NCBI GenBank assembly: GCA_963771325.1
Contig: CAVYTJ010000009.1
Location: 157,339 to 221,338, forward strand
Length of the DNA: 64,000 nucleotides
DNA from: an uncultured delta proteobacterium
GTDB lineage: Bacteria; Desulfobacterota; Binatia; Binatales; Binataceae
Direction of reading: 5' to 3'
Shown here in pieces: positions 44,511-54,180 of this stretch (positions are counted from its first letter, which is position 1; each line of letters starts with the position of its first letter). Below the pieces are notes generated by a model that was not told the DNA's origin, did not search any database, and worked only from the letters and a program-made list of their open reading frames with translations. Position numbers and translations under genes: made by a program.

Positions 44511-46679
44511 ATGTTTGTGAAGCCAAGTAGTGGGTTGTTGGGTTTGGTTGTGGTGGTGGGGTTGGCCGCGCTTTTGGCTATCCCGGCGTGGGCGCTTGGC
44601 CCGGTCAATCCAGCGGCCGCTCCCTCGATTCGCGGCGACGCACGCTCCATCCTCGGCCAGTTCGGCATCCTCACCGTCGTTTCGATCAACCCCGAGCAGG
44701 CCTTCGTCGAGGGCTACGAGGCCTACCGCGCGCACGACCTGATGAAGACGATCGAGCGGATGACGCTCGCGGCCGACAAATACCCGGCCCTTGCCGACTA
44801 CGCGCTGTTCTATCTCGGGTCGGCCCAGCGCGACAGTGGCGACAACCCCAGCGCCGCCGCGACTTTTCGGCGGCTAAGCTATGGCTATCCGCAAAGCGTC
44901 TTCGCCGACGAGGCGTCGCTCCAGTATGCGGAGATCCAATTCAAGCTGGGACGGCTCGGCGATGCGCAGACCGCGGCCGCGGCGCTGAAGGCGCGCAATC
45001 CGGCCGCGGACGTTGACCAGCAGGCGCGGCTAATCGAAGCGCGCGCCGCGCTCGGCCTGGGCGACGCGCAAGGCGCTTTCAGCCAACTGCAGGCACTGCG
45101 CGAAAAATATCCGCAGGGCGACTCCGACGCTGAGGCGCGCACGCTCGCCTACTCGACCGCCGCGGCCCATCCCGATCTGATCGACACCCACTCGCTCGGC
45201 TACCATCGTCGCGAGGCCGCCTTGCTCCTGCACGAGGGGCAATCCTCGATGGCGCTTAGCCAATGCGACGAAGCGCTTGCGCTCGAGCCTCCCGCGAGCG
45301 TGCATGCCGAGATGCTGTGGCTCAAAGCGCGCGCGCTGCGGGCCAATTCCGACCGTGAGATGCTCGCGCTCAACGCCTATCTGAACTACGCGCCACATGG
45401 CGAGATGGCTCCGGACGCGCTCTATCGGCTGGGACACTTGCAGTGGCGGACCGGCGACACGCAAGCCGCGCGCGCGACGTTCAGCAGGCTCACGCAAGAA
45501 TTCCCGGCAAGCGAGCGCGCGTCGGCCGCGATGTTCGATATCGGGCGCGCTTATGAGGACGACGCCAAGTGGGACCTCGCGCGCGCCGCGTACCTGCGCC
45601 TGGTCCGCAGCTATCCGCATAGCACGGAGGCCGCCGACGGTCGCTTCCGCGCGCCGTTTGCGCTCTACATGACGGGGAAGTTCGATACGGCGGCGCGTGA
45701 ATTCGCCTCGATGCAGCCGATGGCCGCGTCGGCCTCCGAACGCGACGCGCTTTCATACTGGCATGCGCGTTCGATGGAGCGCTCCGGCCAGAGCGCCGCG
45801 GCCACCGCGATCTATCAAAGCCTCGCGCAAAGCACCGCGAGCAACTACTACCCCGAATTGGCAGCGCGCCGGATCAGCGCGCCGACCTTACAGGCGGCAG
45901 CCGCCGACGCGTCTCAACTCGACGCGGCCGTGCCTTCCGTGGCGCCCGGCAGCCTCGCCGCGTTTCATCTGGACCGCGTCACCACGTTGAAGCGCTTGGG
46001 CCTGAGCTATCTCGAAGCGCCCGAGTTGCGCGCGCTCGCCGCCGAGGATTCGGCCGATTCGCGAGTGCGCGATTTCGTGCTCGCCGAATTGCAGCGCGCG
46101 GGCGACTGGTACGCGGCGATCGAGCTCACGGTGCGGTTGGAGAAGACTGGCAGCCTCGATTCCTCGGCGACCGAGCGGCTGCGCTACCCGCGCGCCTACT
46201 GGGACATGATCGCGCAGGCCGCCAACGGCGACGCGCTCGATCCCTACCTGGTGCTCGCGCTGACGCGCCAGGAGAGCCTGTTCAATCCGCAGGCGCGATC
46301 GGTGAGCGACGCGCGCGGCCTGATGCAGTTGATGCCGGCCACCGCCGATCGGGTAGGGCCGTCGGCGGGTGTCGAGCAGGCCTCGCTTAATCTCTACGAT
46401 CCTTCGCTGAGCGTGCGCGTGGGCACCGCGTATCTCAAGAACCTGTTCGAGATGTTCGGCGGCGACCCGTTCAAGGCGGTCGCGGCTTACAATGCGGGCG
46501 AGCACGCCGTCCAGCAATGGAACGCCAAGTATCCCGGCGACGACGATCAATGGGTCGAGAATATCGGCTTCCACGAAACCCGCGATTACGTAAAGCGGGT
46601 GATCGGCGGCTTGCGCGAGTACCGGATGCTCTATCCCGCGCACACGGTCTCGAGCGGAGTGGCCGAGCCGCCAGGCTAG
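44511..46679 (+). CDS. slt: Soluble lytic murein transglycosylase (Slt family: superhelical N-terminal domain plus SLT catalytic domain)
   Basis: Signal peptide MFVKPSSGLLGLVVVVGLAALLAIPAWA (start 44511). Catalytic motif TRQESLFNPQARSVSDARGLMQLMPATA and AYNAGEH. Confidence 0.85.
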   Translation: MFVKPSSGLLGLVVVVGLAALLAIPAWALGPVNPAAAPSIRGDARSILGQFGILTVVSINPEQAFVEGYEAYRAHDLMKTIERMTLAADKYPALADYALFYLGSAQRDSGDNPSAAATFRRLSYGYPQSVFADEASLQYAEIQFKLGRLGDAQTAAAALKARNPAADVDQQARLIEARAALGLGDAQGAFSQLQALREKYPQGDSDAEARTLAYSTAAAHPDLIDTHSLGYHRREAALLLHEGQSSMALSQCDEALALEPPASVHAEMLWLKARALRANSDREMLALNAYLNYAPHGEMAPDALYRLGHLQWRTGDTQAARATFSRLTQEFPASERASAAMFDIGRAYEDDAKWDLARAAYLRLVRSYPHSTEAADGRFRAPFALYMTGKFDTAAREFASMQPMAASASERDALSYWHARSMERSGQSAAATAIYQSLAQSTASNYYPELAARRISAPTLQAAAADASQLDAAVPSVAPGSLAAFHLDRVTTLKRLGLSYLEAPELRALAAEDSADSRVRDFVLAELQRAGDWYAAIELTVRLEKTGSLDSSATERLRYPRAYWDMIAQAANGDALDPYLVLALTRQESLFNPQARSVSDARGLMQLMPATADRVGPSAGVEQASLNLYDPSLSVRVGTAYLKNLFEMFGGDPFKAVAAYNAGEHAVQQWNAKYPGDDDQWVENIGFHETRDYVKRVIGGLREYRMLYPAHTVSSGVAEPPG

Positions 46680-46751
46680 GCGGTTGCCGGACCGGCGAGC
46701 CGCGCGCCCCGACATTCCGCTGACAAACCGCCGGCAAAAAACCACAGACAA

Positions 46752-47675
46752 ATGATGACTGCAGCCGGCACGCCGCTGCCCGGACCATTGCGCGGCTCAT
46801 TTGTCGGTATCGACGTCGGCGAGAATTTTCTCGACCTCGCGATCGTCGATACGCCGCCACGCACGCTGGTTTTCAAACGCGTCGCGCTTGACGGGCTGAA
46901 CGGAACCGCGTGCGGCGCTCTCGCACAGAGGATTAAGGACGCCGCGCCGGAACTCGATGAGCGCGCGACCGCGCTGGTCGACTCGCCGCGATGGCCGCGC
47001 GATCTCGATTGGTCGCGCGGGACGCACAAGCGCGATCCTGCGCCGCGCGGGCGCGAGGTCGATGCCGTCCTGCGGCAAATCTTTCGCACGTTAGTGGCGA
47101 TGCCCGCCGGCAAAGCGGTTCGCGAAGTCAAAGTCCGGATGCAGGGGCTCTCGATGTTCCCGACGCCGCGGTATGACTACTTCGCGCGATGCGCGCGCGA
47201 TCCGCGATGCAAGCCGCATCTGAGCGCGATCGCGGCGGAACTGTTCGGCGCATTTTTGAATGACGACGGAGATGCGCGCGGGCTGGCGCCGAGCGGCGGT
47301 GCGATCTTCACCCGCTTCATGCTCGCCGGATTCGCAACCTATCGCGCGCTGGAGCGGCTCGGCGTGCAAGCCTTCGAATCCTATCCCGACCTGCAATTGC
47401 GCCTCTCGTCTCCGTCGACGGAGCTTCCGCCCAAAGCCCGGCGCGCAGAGGCGCTGGCCGCGCGCCGTCGTATCGTCGCGTCGCTCGCCGCACGGCTCCG
47501 ACTTCGCGATACGCCCGTGGCGGCAACTCTCGATCAGGCTGACGCCGCGGCGCTGGCGCTCGCGGCCGCCGTCGCGGCGCGCAGCGGCACATTGTGGGTC
47601 CTAAGCAATCCGTGCGAGGGGCGTTTCATGCTCGCGCTCGACGCTCGCCAGGCGCGCCACCTCGGCCTTTCGTGA
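46752..47675 (+). CDS. Hypothetical protein, possibly RNase-H-like fold (DUF429-like)
   Basis: N-terminus SFVGIDVGENFLDLAIVD resembles the first beta-hairpin/acidic motif of the RNase H-like/YqgF superfamily. Otherwise no confident match. Confidence 0.4.
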   Translation: MMTAAGTPLPGPLRGSFVGIDVGENFLDLAIVDTPPRTLVFKRVALDGLNGTACGALAQRIKDAAPELDERATALVDSPRWPRDLDWSRGTHKRDPAPRGREVDAVLRQIFRTLVAMPAGKAVREVKVRMQGLSMFPTPRYDYFARCARDPRCKPHLSAIAAELFGAFLNDDGDARGLAPSGGAIFTRFMLAGFATYRALERLGVQAFESYPDLQLRLSSPSTELPPKARRAEALAARRRIVASLAARLRLRDTPVAATLDQADAAALALAAAVAARSGTLWVLSNPCEGRFMLALDARQARHLGLS

Positions 47676-47710
47676 TGGTTCAGAGGGGAGGGCTCAGAAG
47701 TCTTCCACGC

Positions 47711-47932
47711 CTCTCCCGTGTCTTGGGAGAGGCCGACGGCCGTTTGCGGCCGTCGGGAGAGGGTCGATTCCGGCGCGCTCGTTTCGAGCGCGCGGCTCTA
47801 AAAGTTTCGGAATTTGATTTGAGCAACTGCTCCATGGACTCGGGATGCCCGGCACGTGCAAATGCGGTGTCCGCGCGCCCGTGAAAAACACCTCGACCCC
47901 CACCCCAACCCTCCCCCAAGACACGGGGAGGG
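47711..47932. repeat. Intergenic element of about 220 bp bounded by inverted copies of a 21-bp hairpin motif (CTCTCCC-GTGTCTT-GGGAGAG at 47711-47731; its reverse complement CTCCCCC-AAGACAC-GGGGAG at 47911-47930), with two further GC-rich hairpins inside (47732-47757; 47771-47796)
   Basis: Read directly. The loop of the left motif is the exact reverse complement of the loop of the right motif. Candidate MITE/REP(BIME)-like element or structured RNA. Confidence 0.5.
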
Positions 47933-48112
47933 AGTCAGAACGGCACGGACTGCAACCTAGCGGGTTCTTCCAACGACAATTGGGAGAGAAAAAAACAAGC
48001 GGTATCGAGTCACTTGGAATTCGAGACTACCCAGCCTAGGCCGCTTGACAAGCGTTGAGCCGAAACGCATCAAAGTTGCTTGGCGTGCCCGCGCGCGCCA
48101 CTGTGCATAGTG

Positions 48113-48799
48113 ATGTCATCGCAGCGCGAATTCAAAGCGGTCTTCTTCGATCTCGACGGCACCCTGGTCGATATCCACGGGCCGCTCTATATCGCTGCGC
48201 GCCGTGCGCTCGACGACCTCGGCCACGCGCCGCCGCTGACCCGCGAGAGCTATCATCAGGCGCTCGAGCAGGACGATCCGTTCCTCGGCCTGCCCGAGGA
48301 AAAGCGCGCCGAGTACACCAAGCTCGCGTTCGCCTATTTTCTCGCCGAGATCGACCGCACCGAGAGGCTCGAACTGCTGCCTCACGTGCAGGAGACGCTA
48401 GCCGAGCTCAAGCGGCGCGGCTACGCCACCGCTCTCATCACCAGCCGTCCCGGCGACTCGCAGCGGCTGGTCGAAAAACTCGCGATGGTCGGGTTGGCGT
48501 CTTACTTCGACCAGGTGATCACGCAAACCGGCACCACGATGCGAATTCTCGACAAGACGCAGAGCCTCAAGCAGGCGGCGATGCGCGCCGCGATGTTGCC
48601 GCAGGCCTGCATGTACGTCGGTGACGAACCGCGCGACGTGATGGCGGCGATGAACGCGGGCTATGGCGCGTCGGTAGCGGTCGCCACCGGGCCTGCCAGT
48701 TACCGCATGCTCACCAACCATCCGCAATACCGCGCGGAATTCGTACTACGCTCGATGAACGAACTGATCGGATTGCTGGAACGGCTGAAGGGCGAGTAG
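48113..48799 (+). CDS. HAD-superfamily hydrolase (phosphoglycolate-phosphatase-like, subfamily IA)
   Basis: Start MSSQREFKAVFFDLDGTLVD (motif I DxDGT). Motifs II-IV present (TSR; K...GDEPRDVMAAMNAG). Confidence 0.85.
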   Translation: MSSQREFKAVFFDLDGTLVDIHGPLYIAARRALDDLGHAPPLTRESYHQALEQDDPFLGLPEEKRAEYTKLAFAYFLAEIDRTERLELLPHVQETLAELKRRGYATALITSRPGDSQRLVEKLAMVGLASYFDQVITQTGTTMRILDKTQSLKQAAMRAAMLPQACMYVGDEPRDVMAAMNAGYGASVAVATGPASYRMLTNHPQYRAEFVLRSMNELIGLLERLKGE

Positions 48800-48853
48800 C
48801 GGATCGCGTTCTGCCGGTTTGACCTGACGGTGCTACATGCCGCTGGCGCGCGC

Positions 48854-49651
48854 TCAAAGAAACGGCAGGCGTGGCGGTGCCGCCGCGAACTCGGCGCGCA
48901 GTGCCTCGAGACTCCTCAGATCGTCGACGGTACGAAACAGGCCTCGATGCACGTAGCCGAACATCGCTTGTCCCCGCGCGAGCAGCGGCGCGAACAGATC
49001 GCCCATCAGGCTGAACGGCGGCGCCTTGGGCGGCATCAGCTTGAACACCGCGGGCTCGCATAGCATCACGCCGCAATACATGTAGGCTTTGAGGCGCGCC
49101 GCGCTGGCCGCGTCGAGCCCGGGCCCGTAGTCGTCGAATTCGACCTGGGCGCGGAAATCGGCGGACGTGCGCCGCTTAAGCAAACGCATCCGGCAGACGC
49201 GCGCGCCGGCGTCGATTTCGATTCGGCTATAAGCCTCGGGCGTGTCGCTTTCGCGCAGCACCAGCGTCGCGAGACCGCCGCGGCGGCGATGGAACTCCGC
49301 GAGCGCATGCAGGTCGAGATCGATTATTGTGTCGCAGTTGAGGATCGCGAAGGTCTCGTTACCAAAGAACTCGCGCAACCCAACCAGCGGCCCGCCGGTG
49401 CCCATCAGCGAGGCTTCGGGCGCATAGGTTATTCGCACGCCTATCGCGGCGCCGCTTCCGAGCGCATTTTGGACTGCAGCCGCCAGGTGATAGACGTTGA
49501 TCGCGACGTCGGTCACGCCCGCGCGCGCCAGCATCCGGAGCGGATAGTGAATCAGCGGACGGCCGCCGACCTCGACGATCGGTTTGGGCACGGTCGCCGT
49601 AAGCGGCATCAGCCGCTCACCCATCCCCGCCGACAGCACCAGCGCCTTCAT
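48854..49651 (-). CDS. murU: Sugar-1-phosphate nucleotidyltransferase, MurU-like (N-acetylmuramate alpha-1-phosphate uridylyltransferase)
   Basis: MKALVLSAGMGERLMPLT...PKP..V.G.PLI NTP-transferase N-terminus. Paired with an upstream AmgK-like kinase, as in the Pseudomonas amgK-murU recycling pathway. Confidence 0.7.
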   Translation of the reverse strand: MKALVLSAGMGERLMPLTATVPKPIVEVGGRPLIHYPLRMLARAGVTDVAINVYHLAAAVQNALGSGAAIGVRITYAPEASLMGTGGPLVGLREFFGNETFAILNCDTIIDLDLHALAEFHRRRGGLATLVLRESDTPEAYSRIEIDAGARVCRMRLLKRRTSADFRAQVEFDDYGPGLDAASAARLKAYMYCGVMLCEPAVFKLMPPKAPPFSLMGDLFAPLLARGQAMFGYVHRGLFRTVDDLRSLEALRAEFAAAPPRLPFL

Positions 49652-49678
49652 CGATTCGTCATCGCCTCGCCCGCGGCG

Positions 49679-50812
49679 TCACCGCACGTCGAAGGCCGCG
49701 CGCAATCGCGGAAAATCGTTTTTCGCCGGATGCGTCGCCAATATCGCGAGCATCCTGTGCGCCTGGGCCGCCGCATGCGGAATAAACGCCGCGTAACCCG
49801 GCTTGCCCTGGCGCTCGAGCGCGTTGAAACGTCCGATCACCTTAAGCGCGTGTTGAAGCACGCACAAATAGTAGCTGTTGACGAATTCGCCGGCATCCGG
49901 AGAGGGGGCGCCGCGGCGCGCGAGGCCCGCGATATAGTAGTCGAGCAGCCTGCGCTCCGCGTCGGGGCCGATTACGCGGCCGGTATCGCGCGTGGTCAGC
50001 AACACGGCGAGGTCTTGGGCGGCGGGTGCGAGCAACGCGTCCTGGAAATCGATCACCCGGATGCGCAAGCCCGTACGATCGTTTTGCACGAAAAGATTGT
50101 GGCCGTGGTAGTCGCGATGCGACAGCACGCGCGCAACGCCGCCGAGCCGTGCCGCAAGGTCGTCAAGTTCCGAAGCGAGCGCGTTCATATCAGTGCCGGA
50201 CACGACGCTAGCCGCTCCCGTCGTTAGAAAATCCTCCATTTCCCATCGAAACAGGCGCTCGTCGTATTGGATCGACGCGGCGATGCATCCAGGGCCGAGC
50301 CGGCGCGTACCTTCAACGTGAATCAGCAACAGTTCGTCGATGGCGCCGCGATAGAGTGTTGCCGGTTTAGCGACCCCGTCCAGCGCGGCCTGGAATAACG
50401 AAGTCTCGCCGACATCCTCGACCAGCAGCATCCGATGCTTCGCGTCCGCGGCGTAAATTTCGGGCACGGCCGCTCCGATCGATTTGAGAAAGCGCTGCAC
50501 GTTCAGGAAAGGCGGTTCGGCCGGCGGCGTGGACACCAGATTCAAGGCGCGCACGTAAGCGGGCAGGTCGTCGGGGCCGAGGTCGATCACGATTGCGGAA
50601 GGTGGCGGGATACTCGGCGATGCGGGCGAGGTCGGGCTGGACGCGCCGCCGCGAAGCGGCGGCGCGTCCAGCCCGACCCGCCAGAAGCGGCGGTTCGACG
50701 CGTCGCCCTTGAGCATCACGACGCTTGCGGCGCGCGCGCCGGGCCATCGGCCGGCGAGCGCGCCGTCGAGCCATCGCGTGAGCGCTGGTGATTCGGCGTC
50801 AGTGGACGACAC
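49679..50812 (-). CDS. amgK: Aminoglycoside-phosphotransferase-fold kinase, AmgK-like anomeric MurNAc/GlcNAc kinase
   Basis: APH/choline-kinase fold motifs (Brenner HRDYHGHN; DFQDA). Immediately upstream of murU. Confidence 0.7.
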   Translation of the reverse strand: MSSTDAESPALTRWLDGALAGRWPGARAASVVMLKGDASNRRFWRVGLDAPPLRGGASSPTSPASPSIPPPSAIVIDLGPDDLPAYVRALNLVSTPPAEPPFLNVQRFLKSIGAAVPEIYAADAKHRMLLVEDVGETSLFQAALDGVAKPATLYRGAIDELLLIHVEGTRRLGPGCIAASIQYDERLFRWEMEDFLTTGAASVVSGTDMNALASELDDLAARLGGVARVLSHRDYHGHNLFVQNDRTGLRIRVIDFQDALLAPAAQDLAVLLTTRDTGRVIGPDAERRLLDYYIAGLARRGAPSPDAGEFVNSYYLCVLQHALKVIGRFNALERQGKPGYAAFIPHAAAQAHRMLAILATHPAKNDFPRLRAAFDVR

Positions 50813-50821
50813 GACGCGATC

Positions 50822-53017
50822 TTAGCCGCTGCACGCGGCGACGGCCATGCGTGCGGGCCAACGGCCCGCACGCATGGCCGTCGCTTGCGCTACGAGCCCG
50901 ACGGCGCCGCGCCGCCGTCGAGGCTCATCAGCTCTTCGTAGAGCCGCTCGATTTCGCCGCCGAGCCGCTCGTAGGCGGCGATGAGTTCCCGGGCGTCGGT
51001 GCGTTGCAGGTAGAAGTTGGGATCGTTCATCTGCTCGCCGAGCGCGGCGCGCTCGGTCTCTTTGCGCCCGATATCGCCCTCCAGCGTCTGGCGCCGGCGG
51101 GCGCGCCGTTCGCGCTCGCGGCGTTGCTTTACCTCGTTGTCGTGCGCGGCGGCGCCGTCCGCCCCGGCTTTGCCGGGAGCGGACGGCGCCGCCGCGCGCT
51201 GGCCGCCCGCGGCGCGTGCCGCCGGTATCGGCGGGCGCACCGTTGGCGGCGCCAGCACCGTTAGCACTGCGAGCGCCGTTGCCGGACGCGCCGGAGTCTG
51301 CGCCGCCTGCGGCGGCGCGGACTCCGGCGGTCCGTTCCGCGGCCGCCATCGCTGCCACGCTCCGGGCCGCAGCCCGGGCCGCGGCGCCGTTGGCGGCCAG
51401 CGCGGCGGACTCGGCCGCGGCTTTCTTGGCCAGGTAGTAGTCGTAGTTACCGAGGTAGCGCGTCGCGTGACCCTGGCCGACCTCGATAACCTCGGTCGCC
51501 AGTTCGTTGAGCAGGTAGCGGTCGTGACTCACGATCACCACGGTGCCGGGAAAGCGGCGGAGCGCTTCGAGCAGGGTGTCCTTGGCCACGATGTCGAGGT
51601 TGTTGGTCGGCTCGTCGAGCAGCAGACAGTTATTGCGATGCGCCAGCACCTTGGCCAGCGCGAGGCGCGCGCGCTCGCCGCCCGAGAGCACGCCGGCGGG
51701 CTTCAGCGCGTCGTCGCCCGAAAAAAGCATCGCGCCCAACAGTCCGCGAATCTCGCCGGTCGTCATCCCTTCCGCCGCGTCGCTCAACTCCTTGAGCGCG
51801 GTTTTGCCGTAGTCGAGCGCTTCCGCGAGGTTTTGGGCGAAGTAGCCGATCTCGACTCCGGCGCCGACCGTGCGCTGACCGGCGGTCATCGGTTCGATAC
51901 CCGCGAGCAGCTTCATCATCGTGGATTTGCCCGCGCCGTTGGGACCCACGAGCGCGATTCGCGCGCCGCGCTCGATCGTCAGATCGAGGCCGTCGTAGAC
52001 GGTGATATCCCCATAGCGCTTGACCGCGCCGCGCAGTTCGAAGACCCGGCGCCCGCCGCGCTCGCACTGGGGAAAATGGATCGCGGGCGATTTTTCGCTG
52101 CCGGCCGGCGGCTCCAGCCGTTCGATTTTTTCGAGCTGTTTTATCCGGCTCTGGACCAGCTTGGCCTTGCTCGCCTGGTAGCGAAAGCGGCTGATGAAGG
52201 CCTCCATGTGCTCGATCTCGGCGCGCTGATTTTCGTAAGCGGCCTGCTCCAGCTCGTGGCGGCGCTCGCGCTCGACCAGGTAGGCGGTGTAGCCGCCCTG
52301 GTATTCGACCAGCCGTCCGCGCGAGACCTCGACCGTACGATCGGTCACGCGGTCGAGAAAGTAGCGGTCGTGCGAGACCAGGATAATTCCGCCCGGATAG
52401 TTCGCCAGGTAATCCTCGAGCCAGTTGCGCGCCTCGAGGTCGAGATGGTTGGTCGGCTCGTCGAGCATCAGAAATTCCGGACGGCGCACCAGCAATTTCG
52501 CCAGCGCGATACGCATCCGGATGCCGCCGGAGAACTCGGCCACGTCGCGCGCGAGGTCGGCCTCGCTGAAGCCCAGTCCGAACAGCACCGCCTTGGCGCG
52601 GCTGTCGGCCTCATAGAAGCCGTGACGCTCGAGTTCGCTCAGCACGTCGCCGAGCTCGGCGAGCGCCGCGTCGTGCTCGGGGCCGCTATGATGCGTTGCC
52701 AGCACCTCTTCGAGCTCGACCCGGCGGCGATCGTGCGCCTGCATCTCGCTCAGCGCCGAGAGCGTTTCCTCCAGCACCGGCCGCCCGCTCATCTCGGGCG
52801 CGTCCTGCGGCAGATAGCCGACCGACGAGCGCTGCGGGCGCGCGATACGGCCCGCGTCGGGCGCGATAACCTCGGCGATCATGCGCAGCAAGGTGGTCTT
52901 GCCGGCGCCGTTGAGCCCGACCAGGCCGACCCGCGCGTCGTCCGCCATCGCCCAGCTCACGCTCTCGAAGATCGTGCGGCCGCCGTAGAACTTTGAGACT
53001 TTATCGAGCGCCAGCAT
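50822..53017 (-). CDS. ABC-F family ATPase (two ABC cassettes, Uup/EttA-like); the C-terminal coiled-coil tail is in an alternative frame ending at 50890, implying a frameshift near 51150-51400
   Basis: Two Walker A motifs (GLNGAGKTT; GPNGAGKST), two LSGG signatures (FSGGIRMR; LSGGERAR), Walker B LDEPTNHLD twice. The listed 731-aa frame ends in Arg-rich nonsense. Frame 50890..51267 encodes a credible tail EVKQRRERERRARRRQ...ELIAAYERLGGEIERLYEELMSLD. Confidence 0.8.
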   Translation of the reverse strand: MLALDKVSKFYGGRTIFESVSWAMADDARVGLVGLNGAGKTTLLRMIAEVIAPDAGRIARPQRSSVGYLPQDAPEMSGRPVLEETLSALSEMQAHDRRRVELEEVLATHHSGPEHDAALAELGDVLSELERHGFYEADSRAKAVLFGLGFSEADLARDVAEFSGGIRMRIALAKLLVRRPEFLMLDEPTNHLDLEARNWLEDYLANYPGGIILVSHDRYFLDRVTDRTVEVSRGRLVEYQGGYTAYLVERERRHELEQAAYENQRAEIEHMEAFISRFRYQASKAKLVQSRIKQLEKIERLEPPAGSEKSPAIHFPQCERGGRRVFELRGAVKRYGDITVYDGLDLTIERGARIALVGPNGAGKSTMMKLLAGIEPMTAGQRTVGAGVEIGYFAQNLAEALDYGKTALKELSDAAEGMTTGEIRGLLGAMLFSGDDALKPAGVLSGGERARLALAKVLAHRNNCLLLDEPTNNLDIVAKDTLLEALRRFPGTVVIVSHDRYLLNELATEVIEVGQGHATRYLGNYDYYLAKKAAAESAALAANGAAARAAARSVAAMAAAERTAGVRAAAGGADSGASGNGARSANGAGAANGAPADTGGTRRGRPARGGAVRSRQSRGGRRRRARQRGKATPRARTARPPAPDAGGRYRAQRDRARRARRADERSQLLPATHRRPGTHRRLRAARRRNRAALRRADEPRRRRGAVGLVAQATAMRAGRWPARMAVAACSG

Positions 53018-53284
53018 CAGTGCAGCTTCCGGTAGATCCAGGAGATTCGGGAAATTCCGATAATCCCACGATCATAGCTGCATCGGCGGGCGTGCAAAAG
53101 CCGGGCGCCGCCGACCGAACAATTCGTCCGGGCGGGACACGCATCGTCCGGGCCGGACAGGTGTGCGGAAGCAGCATTCGGAGCCGGGGTATGGACGGGG
53201 CGAGGTGCAATCCGTTTAATGGTGAGTAAGTCTGACGGGGGGAATCCGGGCGGCGCGGCCGGCCGGCGACAACGGAGGAACGAC

Positions 53285-53629
53285 ATGCCCGCAATCCGGG
53301 ACGGCGACCACATCCTTGTGATCGATCGCAAGCTTTTCCACGACGACAATACGCGCTTCTTCGTTGGCGTGGTCGAGGAGTACGACGACAGAGTGATACG
53401 CCTGCGTGGCTTCCCGTTCCATCTGAGTCCGTATGAGGTCACTGGCGTGGAGCGTCATGGCGAGCAGCGGATAAGAGTGCTCTCGATGTCGGGCGACATA
53501 TTGCTCTACATGCTGCCGCGCGAAACCGAACTGGACAAAATGCAGCTCCGCCGCTCGCCCAAATCGCTCCAGATGACCGACGGCGGCGCGGTGACGATCG
53601 ATCTAAGCGAATGGCTGATGCGCGCCTGA
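53285..53629 (+). CDS. Hypothetical protein (about 114 aa)
   Basis: ATG 53285 preceded by GGAGG; the 53219 start is rejected. No recognisable domain. Confidence 0.4.
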   Translation: MPAIRDGDHILVIDRKLFHDDNTRFFVGVVEEYDDRVIRLRGFPFHLSPYEVTGVERHGEQRIRVLSMSGDILLYMLPRETELDKMQLRRSPKSLQMTDGGAVTIDLSEWLMRA

Positions 53630-54135
53630 CCTTGGCGGCGGCAGCCGCTGCCGCGCTCGGCATGCTCCTGCTGATTGCGATACGGCCGGCGCCGGCGTTC
53701 ACCCAGGAACAGAATCAGGATTCGCAGCAGCAGATGCCGGTGCCCGGGAGTATGCCGGCGCCGCCGGGATCGATGCCGGGACCGATGTCCGGATCGTCGA
53801 TGCCCGGATCATCGATGCCCGGATCAATGATGAACGGGCGCGGCGTCGAATTGCCGCAACCGCCTCTGATCACGATGACTGCCGTGCCGGGCTACGGCCC
53901 CGCGCCGCTCACGGTTGGTTTCTTCGTCAACACGGTCGACCCGGAGGGCAAGGGCTTCGTCTCGTACGTGTGGAACTTCGGCGACGGGCAGGTCTCGATG
54001 GATCCGCCGCTGACTTTTTTCCACACCTACGCGAACGCTGGCACCTACGTTGCCACCGTCAATGCGACCACCTCGGACGGCCGCACCGCGACCACGTATG
54101 TCGGAGTTACCGTGCGCCCGAGTATCGCAAATTAG
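53611..54135 (+). CDS. Secreted PKD-domain protein with a Met/Pro/Ser-rich linker
   Basis: Signal-like N-terminus; (SMPG)n linker; PKD fold signature PLTVGFFVNTVDPEGKGFVSYVWNFGDG...HTYANAGTYVATVNATTSDG. Confidence 0.6.
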   Translation: MADARLTLAAAAAAALGMLLLIAIRPAPAFTQEQNQDSQQQMPVPGSMPAPPGSMPGPMSGSSMPGSSMPGSMMNGRGVELPQPPLITMTAVPGYGPAPLTVGFFVNTVDPEGKGFVSYVWNFGDGQVSMDPPLTFFHTYANAGTYVATVNATTSDGRTATTYVGVTVRPSIAN

Positions 54136-54180
54136 ATGGGTAGATTGGCAGCTGCTGCTGCAGGCAAGAATATACTTGAC

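Noticed and set aside
47755-47800. tRNA-like T-arm (GGGTCGATTCCGGC)
   Set aside because: No complementary T-stem, acceptor stem or anticodon arm can be built. It is part of the hairpin cluster instead.
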